From a virus: a stretch of DNA of 47,486 nt. Location: the UHGV virus genome UHGV-0176840. One strand, 5' to 3'. Below are positions 19,844-29,245 of the stretch, in pieces. How positions within the stretch are numbered: position 1 is the stretch's first letter; every line of letters begins with the position of its first letter. A program made the position numbers and the translations under genes. The notes beneath the pieces were generated by a model, which had not been told where the DNA came from, did no database searches, and worked only from the letters and a program-made list of their open reading frames with translations.

Positions 19844-19872
19844 TTGACGTGTACATAATATTCATGTATATT
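19844..19872 (+). promoter_or_regulatory. early rightward promoter
   Basis: TTGACG 19844-19849, 17-nt spacer, TATATT 19867-19872; spacer contains imperfect inverted repeat TGTACAT/ATGTATA. Confidence 0.55.
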
Positions 19873-19897
19873 TTTTACATCACAAAAGGAGGACTGA

Positions 19898-20176
19898 ATG
19901 TACCCAGATGGCACTAAATTAATGTTTGCATACGAGCTGTTATCTTCAATGAAATCTGGCGAACTTGTTGGTATTCACTTCGAGAATGAATACTCAAGCG
20001 AAATCATCAAAGGAGAAAAGGAGAATTGCCGCTCCGTGGTTATTGATGAAAAGTACCGAATGACGCACAACATGTTCAGATCTTACTGCACCAGAATAGC
20101 CAATGAACAAGGCATGGTCATCAAAACAAAAACCAGTGAAAGCAAAAAATTCATGTATATCTGGAGAGTCCTGTGA
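19898..20176 (+). CDS. hypothetical early protein
   Basis: AAGGAGG SD; first gene after the strongest sigma70-like promoter (19844-19872). Confidence 0.5.
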   Translation: MYPDGTKLMFAYELLSSMKSGELVGIHFENEYSSEIIKGEKENCRSVVIDEKYRMTHNMFRSYCTRIANEQGMVIKTKTSESKKFMYIWRVL

Positions 20177-21804
20177 TGACTGATTCAAAGCAAATCATTG
20201 AACTAAAGGAATCTCTGAAGCCAGTAGGCAAGCCTGATTCTGGAAATCCACTTGATGAAATTGACGTGCCAGAATTCCGTGAAGGATACAAAATCCCTCC
20301 AGGCTCTCTTGGTGAATTCATGTGCGAGATAGAGAATCATTTTGAAAATCGTGAGGAAGGTGAGGTATACAGATTGCCGGGTGCTATCGCTCTTGCTCAG
20401 GTGATGGCTGGCAGATACATCATTGGTCCAAGCGCAAGAAACAAGTGTGCGACTGGGACATTTATTGTTGGTCGATCTGGCGCAGGTAAGGGTGCTCCAT
20501 CTGATTTCGTTAAGGCTTACTCAGATAATCTTGGAATCAGCCATCGCGTTTCAAAAAGCACCGTAACGTCATTGCGACAAATAAAAGAGCGTCTCATTGA
20601 GGCTGATGGTTTCTTGCTTTATATCGCAGATGACTGCCCTGAACATCTTCAGGCTTGGTCAGATACGCGCTCTACGCTAGGTGAAACGGCATCATGGTTC
20701 AGGACGTCGATTAGTGGTGACTGGTTCCCTGAGTCAACTGTTGTTACACTGTTTCAGGAGAAGCTGTCTAGCGCTCAAAACCCGAAGCTAATACTCTCTG
20801 CTGCGCAGGCTCAGGGGTGGATGATACCTCGCATCGGCGAATCTGATGGCCAAATAGATTATCGTCGGCTTGCAAAAATGAACCATGACATTGGAAGAAG
20901 ATTAAATCACGCCATGCAATGTTATGACCTGTGCGTTAACGAGAAGGGAATACAGAACGTAAGGTTCATTCCGTTCATAACAGTGACCCCAGAACAGGGC
21001 ATTGCAACAGTACGGAGATGGGAAAAGGATGGCGGCATGGGCAGATCTCTTTTCATTAAAGGTCATGAACACATGCCAGAACTTAAGAATACTCCTGACA
21101 TGGAAATCAATAAAACGATAATAAACGAATGGAAACCAAGAATTCCAGGCGGGTTCTTTAATGTGGAATATGCAAATGATGGCGTTTCGAAATACTATGA
21201 GATGTTGCGCAGGCGCATAGACAAGTCAAGCAACATTCCCGGCGTAATTGGTAGTGTCGGTCCTCGCTCTGCTCAGATGGTTATTGAGCTTGCGACTCTT
21301 TGTGCATTTGCTGATTTATCATCGCGCAATGGCATGACGCCGAAGATAAATGAATGCCACATTGAATGGGCTTATGCAACAGTAATGAACAGTATGTACG
21401 ACCTGCGTGATTATCTGGAGGGAGAAGCAGAGTTTGATGGCCTCGAAAACACTGAGTGGGACAACATTGTTATGAAGGTCAAAAAATGCATTGAATCAAA
21501 GGCTTTCTCTGAAAAACCTTATATTTCAGTTGTCAAAAACAAACTTTGTCGCGACAGAATCAGCAAGATAATTTCAGCAGCCGATTCAAACTCAATTCAG
21601 GTTACGCCTGATAAATTCACTTACGAGGTCATCATTGCGATATCTGAAAATAGGCATTCACCAATAGAACTCGACCCTGAGAACCCATCAAATATCCGGC
21701 TTTCTGGTGGCGGTTCATGGTCTGGTTTGCGAATGAATGCATCAGTCAGGAATATCCTGTCATCAGCAATGAAGCGAATGAGATTTATGAGGAACTTGAA
21801 ATGA
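20173..21804 (+). CDS. large hypothetical protein with degenerate P-loop (possible replication initiator)
   Basis: 543 aa; GRSGAGKGA (non-canonical Walker A-like) followed by hydrophobic-DD; located directly downstream of the iteron array. Confidence 0.55.
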   Translation: MMTDSKQIIELKESLKPVGKPDSGNPLDEIDVPEFREGYKIPPGSLGEFMCEIENHFENREEGEVYRLPGAIALAQVMAGRYIIGPSARNKCATGTFIVGRSGAGKGAPSDFVKAYSDNLGISHRVSKSTVTSLRQIKERLIEADGFLLYIADDCPEHLQAWSDTRSTLGETASWFRTSISGDWFPESTVVTLFQEKLSSAQNPKLILSAAQAQGWMIPRIGESDGQIDYRRLAKMNHDIGRRLNHAMQCYDLCVNEKGIQNVRFIPFITVTPEQGIATVRRWEKDGGMGRSLFIKGHEHMPELKNTPDMEINKTIINEWKPRIPGGFFNVEYANDGVSKYYEMLRRRIDKSSNIPGVIGSVGPRSAQMVIELATLCAFADLSSRNGMTPKINECHIEWAYATVMNSMYDLRDYLEGEAEFDGLENTEWDNIVMKVKKCIESKAFSEKPYISVVKNKLCRDRISKIISAADSNSIQVTPDKFTYEVIIAISENRHSPIELDPENPSNIRLSGGGSWSGLRMNASVRNILSSAMKRMRFMRNLK

Positions 21805-21992
21805 GAACAATATCAGGCGAACTTTGCCGCTCAGAAGGTTCATGGCATTTCAGGCCGTATGGTTATTCGACGTGGTTTTTCTGGAGTGGCATTAACAAAG
21901 TATGGATTCGCTCTAATTACCACGTTATTGATGATTACTGGCATAGATTTTGTGTTGGTTATGTTGATATTTCAAAATTGATGATTAAGTGA
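21801..21992 (+). CDS. hypothetical protein
   Basis: ATGA overlap with upstream gene stop. Confidence 0.35.
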   Translation: MRTISGELCRSEGSWHFRPYGYSTWFFWSGINKVWIRSNYHVIDDYWHRFCVGYVDISKLMIK

Positions 21993-22002
21993 GGGCAAGA
22001 AA

Positions 22003-22254
22003 ATGGATGTGAAAGATAAAGTTTTATACGTGATGAGAAAGAGAAAATCCATCGAGGAGGAGCTTGGGATTTGTCGCAAGTTCCACGTGGCTACTTGGAG
22101 TTTACGCCTATCGATGGTGAATGAATTTCCTGATGATGAATGGACAGCAGCAAAGTTACGGAAGGTTCTGGTTTCTCTTTGTAAGGATGGACTTGTATCA
22201 AAGGATTTAAATAACGGTCGCATTGGTAATTCAGTTTGGATATTAGAGGTTTGA
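22003..22254 (+). CDS. hypothetical protein
   Basis: 83-aa ORF. Confidence 0.4.
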   Translation: MDVKDKVLYVMRKRKSIEEELGICRKFHVATWSLRLSMVNEFPDDEWTAAKLRKVLVSLCKDGLVSKDLNNGRIGNSVWILEV

Positions 22255-22255
22255 A

Positions 22256-22672
22256 ATGAGAAAAACACACGAACTTAAAATTTTACCTGAGCACTTCTGG
22301 CCTGTAGTCACTGGACACAAGAAGGCGGAGCTAAGAAAGAATGACCGTGATTTTAAGGTTGGAGACACGATTATTCTTTATGAGTGGAATGGAGACTACA
22401 CAGGGGAGAGAACAGAGAGAGCCATAGTTCACATCGCTGATGTCGGAGCTTATCTTCCCGGTTATGTTCTTCTGTCTCTTAATGAGATTGCTAACTGGAA
22501 AGATGCGCGTCTTTTCGACCCTAAAGATGGACAGGAGGTTGTTATTATTGATGCTGATCGCGTCAAGGTTACTGCCAAGTATGATGACTCAGGCATATAC
22601 TGGTGCAATCACACTGGTAAGTCGCTGCGAAATGTAGCCTTCTGGACTGAAGCGCCAGAGTTCAATGAATAA
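22256..22672 (+). CDS. DUF3850/ASCH-like (PUA-fold) protein
   Basis: HELKILPEHFWPVVTGHKKAELRKNDRDFKVGDTIIL matches the DUF3850 N-terminal signature. Confidence 0.55.
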   Translation: MRKTHELKILPEHFWPVVTGHKKAELRKNDRDFKVGDTIILYEWNGDYTGERTERAIVHIADVGAYLPGYVLLSLNEIANWKDARLFDPKDGQEVVIIDADRVKVTAKYDDSGIYWCNHTGKSLRNVAFWTEAPEFNE

Positions 22673-22678
22673 CAAAAA

Positions 22679-22704
22679 CCCTCCAGTCGGAGGGTTTCTT
22701 TTAT
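22679..22704 (+). terminator. bidirectional rho-independent terminator
   Basis: CCCTCCagtcGGAGGG flanked by A-run and T-run. Confidence 0.6.
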
Positions 22705-23687
22705 CTGCTGACTGACATTTTTTCTATCAACTCTCCAGCGGCATAAATCTTTCTCCTTATTCTCTTTGCCATCCTTATCGTGTCTGAATCATCAGGCAGC
22801 ATCACCGGAAGCCCTGCATTTTCCGCAGCGCAAAGCTCGTCAAATTTATAATTAACTATGCAACGCAATCTCGCTTTCGTTTCATCGCTAACAGAACGCA
22901 CCACTTCCCACATGTTTTCCGGCGACCAGCAGCACCAGATATGAGCGCCAGTGAAGTAATGGCACTTCCACGCATCGGCATAATCAGATACCAGATAAAT
23001 GAACTTCCCGTTGTCTTCACCGATTGTACTTATCGCGCCGCGCGTGAGCTTTCCGTTGATGGCTGAGTCTTTGTTGTATCCTGCGCGGAAAAACGTTCTG
23101 AATGAATCATCATTCATGCCAATGAATGCCACATTGCACGGCTTCATTATGTCAGCGCGCATCATCTCAACCGCAATAAGCTCTCCAGATTTACCTCTGG
23201 CGACGTTAACGTCGCAACCAATACCATTTATCAAAGTCCACTCATTCATCGCGACACGCGTCGTTTTAGACATGATTGCTGCGACTTCCTGCTCTGTGAT
23301 GAAGTCATCGTTGTAATTTATCTTCGGCAACTCCTTCCTGATTGCCTCCAGTTTTTCGCGCTGGTGCATGTTCAGGAATCCTCCCAGCGCCTCCAGCGCT
23401 TCGGGGAAGTTCATGCCTGAAAGTTTCATCAGCCAGTTCATGCCGCTGCCGGAACCGCACTGATTGCAGATTGCACCGCCATCGCCTTTTGTTTCGAAGT
23501 TATCATCAAAACGATATCTGTCTTTTCCTGAGCATGACGGGCATGGCTGGTGCTTGCCATTGAAAACTCTGCTATCAACATTGACGATAGACATGATGGC
23601 AGCCTGCCAATTTCCGAGCATTTTTGGTTCAATGTCCTTCCAGTCGTATCTCATAAAATCTTCCTGTTGACGATGATGTAGATTCAT
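22701..23687 (-). CDS. DNA primase (zinc-binding + Toprim type)
   Basis: CPSCSGKDRYRFDD...GGAICNQCG primase zinc-binding motif; sole minus-strand gene inside the early block. Confidence 0.7.
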   Translation of the reverse strand: MNLHHRQQEDFMRYDWKDIEPKMLGNWQAAIMSIVNVDSRVFNGKHQPCPSCSGKDRYRFDDNFETKGDGGAICNQCGSGSGMNWLMKLSGMNFPEALEALGGFLNMHQREKLEAIRKELPKINYNDDFITEQEVAAIMSKTTRVAMNEWTLINGIGCDVNVARGKSGELIAVEMMRADIMKPCNVAFIGMNDDSFRTFFRAGYNKDSAINGKLTRGAISTIGEDNGKFIYLVSDYADAWKCHYFTGAHIWCCWSPENMWEVVRSVSDETKARLRCIVNYKFDELCAAENAGLPVMLPDDSDTIRMAKRIRRKIYAAGELIEKMSVSR

Positions 23688-23696
23688 TGTAATTTA
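23667..23696 (+). promoter_or_regulatory. promoter of phage consensus family
   Basis: TTGACG 23667-23672, TGATGTAGATT 23674-23684, then TAATTT. Confidence 0.45.
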
Positions 23697-23761
23697 CTCG
23701 TATGAAACAATCAATCGTTACTTGCAATGAAACAATTAATCGTTACAATAGAGGATAAGAA

Positions 23762-24500
23762 ATGGCTATCACCGTCAAGAAGTGCGAGGTTTGCGGAAAT
23801 GAGTTTATCGGAACTGCAAAAGCAAAATGTTGCTCAGGAAAGTGCAGGTTGCGCAAGCACAGGGACAAAAAAGAAATGCTCAAGATGCAATTTAATGCTT
23901 CCTGCAACAAGTGATTACTTCTACTCAGATAAGAAGATGAGGCTTGGTTTAAAATCTCATTGTAAATCATGCGATGGAAACAAAGGTAAAAGGCTTAGAT
24001 ATCTTGTTGATGGAAGGAAAGTATGCTCTAAATGCAACTCAGTTCTTGATGCAAATGAAGAAAACTTCAATAAAAACAAATCATCACTTGATGGTCTTAG
24101 GCCTGAATGTAAGAAGTGCCAATCAGAGTTCAAGAAAGGTAATTACGCAGCAAATAAGAACAAGATAAACGCAAAATCAAAGAAGTATTACAATGAAAAC
24201 AAGGAAAAGCACAACGAGAAGTCAAAACAGTGGAGACAGAAAAACAAGGGTGTTGTTAGATATCATCAGCGTAAATATAAGTATCTTAAAAGACGGGCGA
24301 TACCATCATGGTTTGAACATGAAAGGGTTTTAATTGAAAAGGTTTATGAGATGGCTGGCGTTCTTGGTATGCAAGTTGATCACATAGTGCCAATAAATAG
24401 TAAATTGGTTTGCGGCCTTCACTGCTGGCATAACTTGCAATTACTTGCACCAAGTGAAAACAGATCTAAAAGCAACTCTTATTGGACTGACATGCCATAG
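23762..24500 (+). CDS. HNH homing endonuclease, interrupted: N-terminal 35 codons in a different frame from the body
   Basis: GAGGAT SD + ATG 23762 opens a 50-codon Zn-ribbon ORF (CEVCG...CSGKC); the HNH body (VDHIVP...HNLQLL) is in the +1 frame; frames join seamlessly if the A6 run 23867-23872 were A5. Confidence 0.5.
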
Positions 24501-24508
24501 GTGATGAA

Positions 24509-26422
24509 ATGCACAAAATAGACAAGATGATTTCAGAAATTGATATAGGTAACTTAAAGAAATCAATAAAACTAGGTTCCATAGAGCCATATGATTACCA
24601 ATGGCTTGTTTACGCAAAGTGCGCTGAGGTTATTCGTAATTTTGGAAAGAAACCTGAGCCAAGCTATGTTACAGCGTCGGTTTCATCAGGAAAGACAGTG
24701 ATGATTTCAATGCTTTGCAGTAGATTTCAGGATATTGGATGGGATGGGCTTGTAATTTCAAGACAGGGGGAGATAGCTGAGCAGAATGCTGAGATGATGT
24801 GGGAGTGCGGTGTAAAAAATTCTCTTTATAGCGCATCTCTTGGCAGGAAAAGTACAGCATACCCTATTATATGCGGTACTGAAGGAACAATCGCGAACGC
24901 ACTTTTTGATAAAAAAGATGAATCAAACGGTGACGTTAAGAAAGGTGGATTGAGTGATTTTACCCCAAGATTTTGCCTGATCGATGAGTCCCATCAAGCT
25001 CCATGGCAGGATATTATTAGTGATAATCCAACAACACAATATGGCGCAATACTTACTGAACTTAATAGGCGCTGCAAGGCAAGATATGGGCATGAAATGA
25101 TAACAATTGGATTCACCGGCAGCCCATTCCGTGGTACTGAATCAATGAAAGGTGCGTACTGGAAAAATGAAATAATAAACATTGATACAAAGTACATGGT
25201 AGATCGCGGTTTTGTTGTGCCAACAATCTTTGGTCTTCATGATGTTGATGATTTGAAATATGACCTGCATAACTTCCATGGTTCAGATGTTGACGGTACA
25301 CAAGACTTTACTTCCGAGCAGCTCAAGCAGATGCAGAAAGAAATACTTGAGCAAGGAACCCTCACGCAGAAAATCATGCTCAAGGTTATGGAGTTGACTA
25401 AAAACAGGAACGGAGTGCTGATCACATGCGCTGGTAAAAAACACTGTCAGGAAGCGGCTAAATATTTACCCGAAGGAAGTTATGCTATCGTCACCGAGGA
25501 TATGGGGCAGAAAGCCAGACGCAAGGCGTTAAAAGACGCATACACTGGCAAGATTAAATATGTTTTCCAAATTGGTTGCTTGACGACCGGCGTCAACATC
25601 CCGCTTTGGGATACGTCTGTAATATTGCGAAAAATAATGTCACTCACTCTTCTTGTGCAGTTGCTTGGTCGAGGAATGCGCCTGCTGAAGAAAGAGCAAA
25701 TTGATGCCGGGTATCATAAAGAAGACCATCTGGTTCTTGATTTCTCTGGCACGATGTTTGAGCTTGGTCAGCTGTATGAAGACCCGATTCTGGAAGAGGC
25801 CGAAGCGCAACGTTCAAAACGAAGTGGCGAACAGATTCCGTGTCCGAAATGTGGAACAATGAACAGCCCATATGCGCGCCGCTGCATTGGCAAAGATGCA
25901 TTATCGCCAGATGGTCGTTGCGAAGAGTTTTTCAGTTATATCCGCTGCGGATTCGACAAGCACGGCATCAGGATTTTTGATGATGGATGCGGCACTAAAA
26001 ACGACCCCACCGCTCGCTATTGCCGACATTGCGATCATGTTTTGCGAGACCCGAATGCGGCATTGAATGAACGCGCGTATACCGATAATGAATGGACTGA
26101 AGTTAAAGACTTCAAGATTGAATTAACGAAAGATGAAAAAGGTGTTGTTTATCGTTATTTAATTACGAAGGAAAACGGGAAGGAAGGATGGGCTAATGAG
26201 GTATTTTATCCTTTTGGGAGACAAGAGAAGTATCTGAAAAATCAGTTCAAGATTAAAGGTTTGTTAAATCATGTGTCAGACAGGCATCTAATTGATAACC
26301 TTATGAATTGCCACAGTGCAAAAGCGTTCATGGCATTTACCGGACTTATTCGTGCACCAAAGCGAATAACGCATCGCTTTAATGATAAAGGCCGAGACAT
26401 AATCCACCGCAAAGAATTTTAA
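24509..26422 (+). CDS. SF2 DNA helicase
   Basis: Walker A ASVSSGKT, DESH box, helicase C motifs, C-terminal CPKCG zinc ribbon. Confidence 0.85.
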   Translation: MHKIDKMISEIDIGNLKKSIKLGSIEPYDYQWLVYAKCAEVIRNFGKKPEPSYVTASVSSGKTVMISMLCSRFQDIGWDGLVISRQGEIAEQNAEMMWECGVKNSLYSASLGRKSTAYPIICGTEGTIANALFDKKDESNGDVKKGGLSDFTPRFCLIDESHQAPWQDIISDNPTTQYGAILTELNRRCKARYGHEMITIGFTGSPFRGTESMKGAYWKNEIINIDTKYMVDRGFVVPTIFGLHDVDDLKYDLHNFHGSDVDGTQDFTSEQLKQMQKEILEQGTLTQKIMLKVMELTKNRNGVLITCAGKKHCQEAAKYLPEGSYAIVTEDMGQKARRKALKDAYTGKIKYVFQIGCLTTGVNIPLWDTSVILRKIMSLTLLVQLLGRGMRLLKKEQIDAGYHKEDHLVLDFSGTMFELGQLYEDPILEEAEAQRSKRSGEQIPCPKCGTMNSPYARRCIGKDALSPDGRCEEFFSYIRCGFDKHGIRIFDDGCGTKNDPTARYCRHCDHVLRDPNAALNERAYTDNEWTEVKDFKIELTKDEKGVVYRYLITKENGKEGWANEVFYPFGRQEKYLKNQFKIKGLLNHVSDRHLIDNLMNCHSAKAFMAFTGLIRAPKRITHRFNDKGRDIIHRKEF

Positions 26423-26432
26423 GGAGAACAAC

Positions 26433-26858
26433 GTGAAACAGCTTGATAGCGGTATATGGGTGTTTGATAGCGGTTATCGTGGAGAATGTCCGAAAGAGGA
26501 GACTGAACAGATGGGTTACGGAACATGGATGCAACACCGCTTTCCTGATGTTCTGTGGTTTCATGTCCCAAACGAAACTGGAACATCAAGCATGGTGCAG
26601 TTTGTGTTGAAGCGCCAGAAGATGGGGGTTAAGACTGGAATAGGCGACAATGTGATAATGACGCCGGGGGTAAATCACAGTTGCGGGATGATTGAGTCAA
26701 AGCGACGTGACAAAAGCAAAAGCAGGGTGAGCAAGGAGCAATCGACCGTATTAACTGAGATGTGCAGACTTGGTCATTATGCCGCCATCGCTTACGGTCT
26801 TGATGAACTAAAAAAAGCCACGCTTTTCTATTTTGGCTTGCCTTTTGATGTAGATTGA
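26433..26858 (+). CDS. VRR-NUC domain nuclease
   Basis: PD-(D/E)xK signature GIGDNVIM...IESK. Confidence 0.6.
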   Translation: MKQLDSGIWVFDSGYRGECPKEETEQMGYGTWMQHRFPDVLWFHVPNETGTSSMVQFVLKRQKMGVKTGIGDNVIMTPGVNHSCGMIESKRRDKSKSRVSKEQSTVLTEMCRLGHYAAIAYGLDELKKATLFYFGLPFDVD

Positions 26859-26880
26859 TGTAGATTCAAATAACAATAAC
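26845..26880 (+). promoter_or_regulatory. promoter with tandem TTGATGTAGATT copies
   Basis: Two overlapping copies at 26845-26856 and 26855-26866 (10-bp register). Confidence 0.45.
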
Positions 26881-26896
26881 AAGCGAGGTGATGAAG

Positions 26897-27229
26897 ATGG
26901 AAAACGAATTTAAAGGTACAAAAGGTGAGTGGTCGTGGGAAGAGAATAGCGCAAGCGAACGACATGGATCGACGTGCATTGAAGTATCAACAACAGGTCC
27001 GCAGATTGCATACTTGCAAAGTTTTAGTGGCTGGGAGGAGGATTATGGTCGCGAAGTGACTATTGCCAATGCAAACTTAATTTCTGCGGCACCTGAGTTG
27101 CTTGCTGAACTAATCAAGGTGAGAAAAATTATAGAAGAATCAGATGAGTGGTGGATAGATTCGCCAGATAGAGGTGGGTTTGATACTGAGTCAATTGATG
27201 CTGCAATTAATAAGGCATTAGGTAAATAA
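26897..27229 (+). CDS. hypothetical protein, paralog of 8942..9244
   Basis: MENEFKGTKGEWSW...NANLISAAPELLAEL...AAINKALGK; GAGGTG SD. Confidence 0.5.
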   Translation: MENEFKGTKGEWSWEENSASERHGSTCIEVSTTGPQIAYLQSFSGWEEDYGREVTIANANLISAAPELLAELIKVRKIIEESDEWWIDSPDRGGFDTESIDAAINKALGK

Positions 27230-27230
27230 A

Positions 27231-28187
27231 ATGAAAGTTTATTTCAATAATGAATTAACTAACGAGCAATACCACGCCGACACTGAGCATATTAATGGCT
27301 CTGGCCTGTGGAACATATATGACAGATGCCCAGCAGCATGGCGATACAAAGACGAAGAAGATGAGCAGTCAAAAGCGCTTATCTTCGGTACAGGTAGCCA
27401 TACTGCACTGCTTGAACCTGAACGTTTCGAAGCGCAGTATGCACGAATGCCGGTTGTAGATGATTTTCCAAAAGACAAAGATGGGAAGCCCACGGTGCTG
27501 GTAACTACCGCCGACATGAACTCATGGGCGAAAGAGCGAGGTATCAAAGGACTTTCAGGGAAATCGAAAGCTGAGGTGATCAAAATCATTCGTGCAACTG
27601 GCGAACCAGTGAAGATTTACGATGTTATCCGTGAAGAAGCTGAAAAAGCCGCAGCGGGAAAGCAAATGCTGGAAGGTGGTGATTATGATGCCATTCAGCA
27701 AATGCGTGCTGTAATCCACGCAAACAGCTATTACAGCAGCCTTCTTGCTGGTGCTTATGCTGAAGTGTCAATTCTCGGTGAACTTAACGGAGAAAAAGCA
27801 AAAGTTCGTTTTGACTGCCTGACAAAGGGTGGTGATATCATTGACTACAAAACGGCAGTGAGCGCCAAGCCTGATGAGTTTTTCCGTCATGCTGCGCGAC
27901 TTGGGTACTTTATGAAAATGGTGATGCAACACGATATGTTTGTTGCAGCATATGGTCACGCGCCGCGTTCGGTAAACCTTTTAGTTCAGGAAAAGAAAGC
28001 GCCGTTTATTCCTGCGTTAATTCGATTAACGGAAGAGCAGTTGCATATTGGTCGAATTCAGTTGCATGGTGCAATGGAAATTTACAAGGCGTGCAAAAAA
28101 GCTAATTCGTGGCCGGGTTATTCAATGGGTAATCCTGTCATAGAAATGGAAACACCAGAATGGTTCAAGAAACAGTTTAATTTATAA
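27231..28187 (+). CDS. PD-(D/E)xK recombination exonuclease (RecE/YqaJ-like)
   Basis: FGTGSHTALLEP ... DCLTKGGDIIDYKT motifs. Confidence 0.6.
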   Translation: MKVYFNNELTNEQYHADTEHINGSGLWNIYDRCPAAWRYKDEEDEQSKALIFGTGSHTALLEPERFEAQYARMPVVDDFPKDKDGKPTVLVTTADMNSWAKERGIKGLSGKSKAEVIKIIRATGEPVKIYDVIREEAEKAAAGKQMLEGGDYDAIQQMRAVIHANSYYSSLLAGAYAEVSILGELNGEKAKVRFDCLTKGGDIIDYKTAVSAKPDEFFRHAARLGYFMKMVMQHDMFVAAYGHAPRSVNLLVQEKKAPFIPALIRLTEEQLHIGRIQLHGAMEIYKACKKANSWPGYSMGNPVIEMETPEWFKKQFNL

Positions 28188-28195
28188 TTAGTGAG

Positions 28196-29242
28196 GTGAT
28201 GCAAATGAGTATTCTCAATATTAAACCAGCAGAGCGTTCAGGTTCTCGCGTGGTCATCGGTATTTCCGGTCAGTCTGGTAGCGGAAAAACATATAGCGCA
28301 CTTAAGCTGGCGCGAGGTATGGTTGATTCACCAGAAGAAATCGGATTCCTTGATACTGAAAACGGTCGCGGTCGCCTGTACTCAAACATCCTTGATGGCA
28401 AATTCCTGCATGCTGATATGTATGCACCATTCAGCCCTGCTCGTTACCGTCAGGCCATTGAAGAGTTTCAGGCTGCTGGCGTTAAGGTTCTTGTTATTGA
28501 TTCAGGTTCGCACGAATGGGAAGGTGAAGGAAGTTGCACTGAGATTGCTGAAAAGCCTCTGCTTAACGGGAAAAAGATGGCTGACTGGAAGCGCGCCAAA
28601 GCTGAACACAAGAAGTTCATGAACGCCATGCTGCAAAGCAATATGCATATCATTGTATGCCTTCGCGCCCGTCAGAAAACTGATTTCGCAAACCCGAAGG
28701 AACCTGTATCACTTGGGCTTCAGCCAGTGTGCGAGAAAGATTTCATGTTCGAGATGACCGTGAGCATGATGATGCACGATGGGGGAAAAATTCAGGAGTT
28801 TACCAAACTACCAGAAGAGCTACGCCCAATCTTCTTTGAGTCTGGTCGCGAAAGCGTTCGTCATGGCTATATTGGAGAAGCTCACGGTCGCGGACTCATC
28901 AAATGGGTTGACTCTGGTGTTAAAGTTGACGAAGAATTTGAGTCATGGCGCTCGCGACTTCAGCTTTCCGCTGCAAAAGGCATGGAAGGCCTGAAGGAAG
29001 AGGCGAAATCAATACCTGATAACCTGAAAGATAAGATTCGTGCAATCTGGCCTTCTCTGGCTGCTTCTGCTGCAGAATACGATCGCATTGAGTCTTTCAT
29101 CAATGATGAGCAGTTACCTCCTGTGGTAATCACTCCTCAGGATAATTTCAACCCTGCAAAACTGGCCAAACCGCAACCTCAACAGCCAGAACCGCAGGAA
29201 GAAAAAACCGAACATAAACCAACTCCAATTGAAGGATTTTAA
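28196..29242 (+). CDS. Sak4-like RecA-family ATPase (AAA_24)
   Basis: Walker A GISGQSGSGKTYSA, Walker B VLVIDSGS; Pro/Gln-rich tail. Confidence 0.65.
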   Translation: MMQMSILNIKPAERSGSRVVIGISGQSGSGKTYSALKLARGMVDSPEEIGFLDTENGRGRLYSNILDGKFLHADMYAPFSPARYRQAIEEFQAAGVKVLVIDSGSHEWEGEGSCTEIAEKPLLNGKKMADWKRAKAEHKKFMNAMLQSNMHIIVCLRARQKTDFANPKEPVSLGLQPVCEKDFMFEMTVSMMMHDGGKIQEFTKLPEELRPIFFESGRESVRHGYIGEAHGRGLIKWVDSGVKVDEEFESWRSRLQLSAAKGMEGLKEEAKSIPDNLKDKIRAIWPSLAASAAEYDRIESFINDEQLPPVVITPQDNFNPAKLAKPQPQQPEPQEEKTEHKPTPIEGF

Positions 29243-29245
29243 TAA

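Noticed and set aside
20460-20490. GRSGAGKGA in the 543-aa protein as a canonical Walker A ATPase motif
   Set aside because: The Lys is followed by Gly rather than Ser/Thr and no clear Walker B or sensor motifs were found. It is described only as a degenerate P-loop.
23727-23761. ATG 23727 as the start of the HNH endonuclease gene
   Set aside because: It has no SD and lies within an 18-nt direct repeat. The strong RBS is at ATG 23762 in the neighbouring frame, and the N-terminal extension from 23727 has no zinc-ribbon character.
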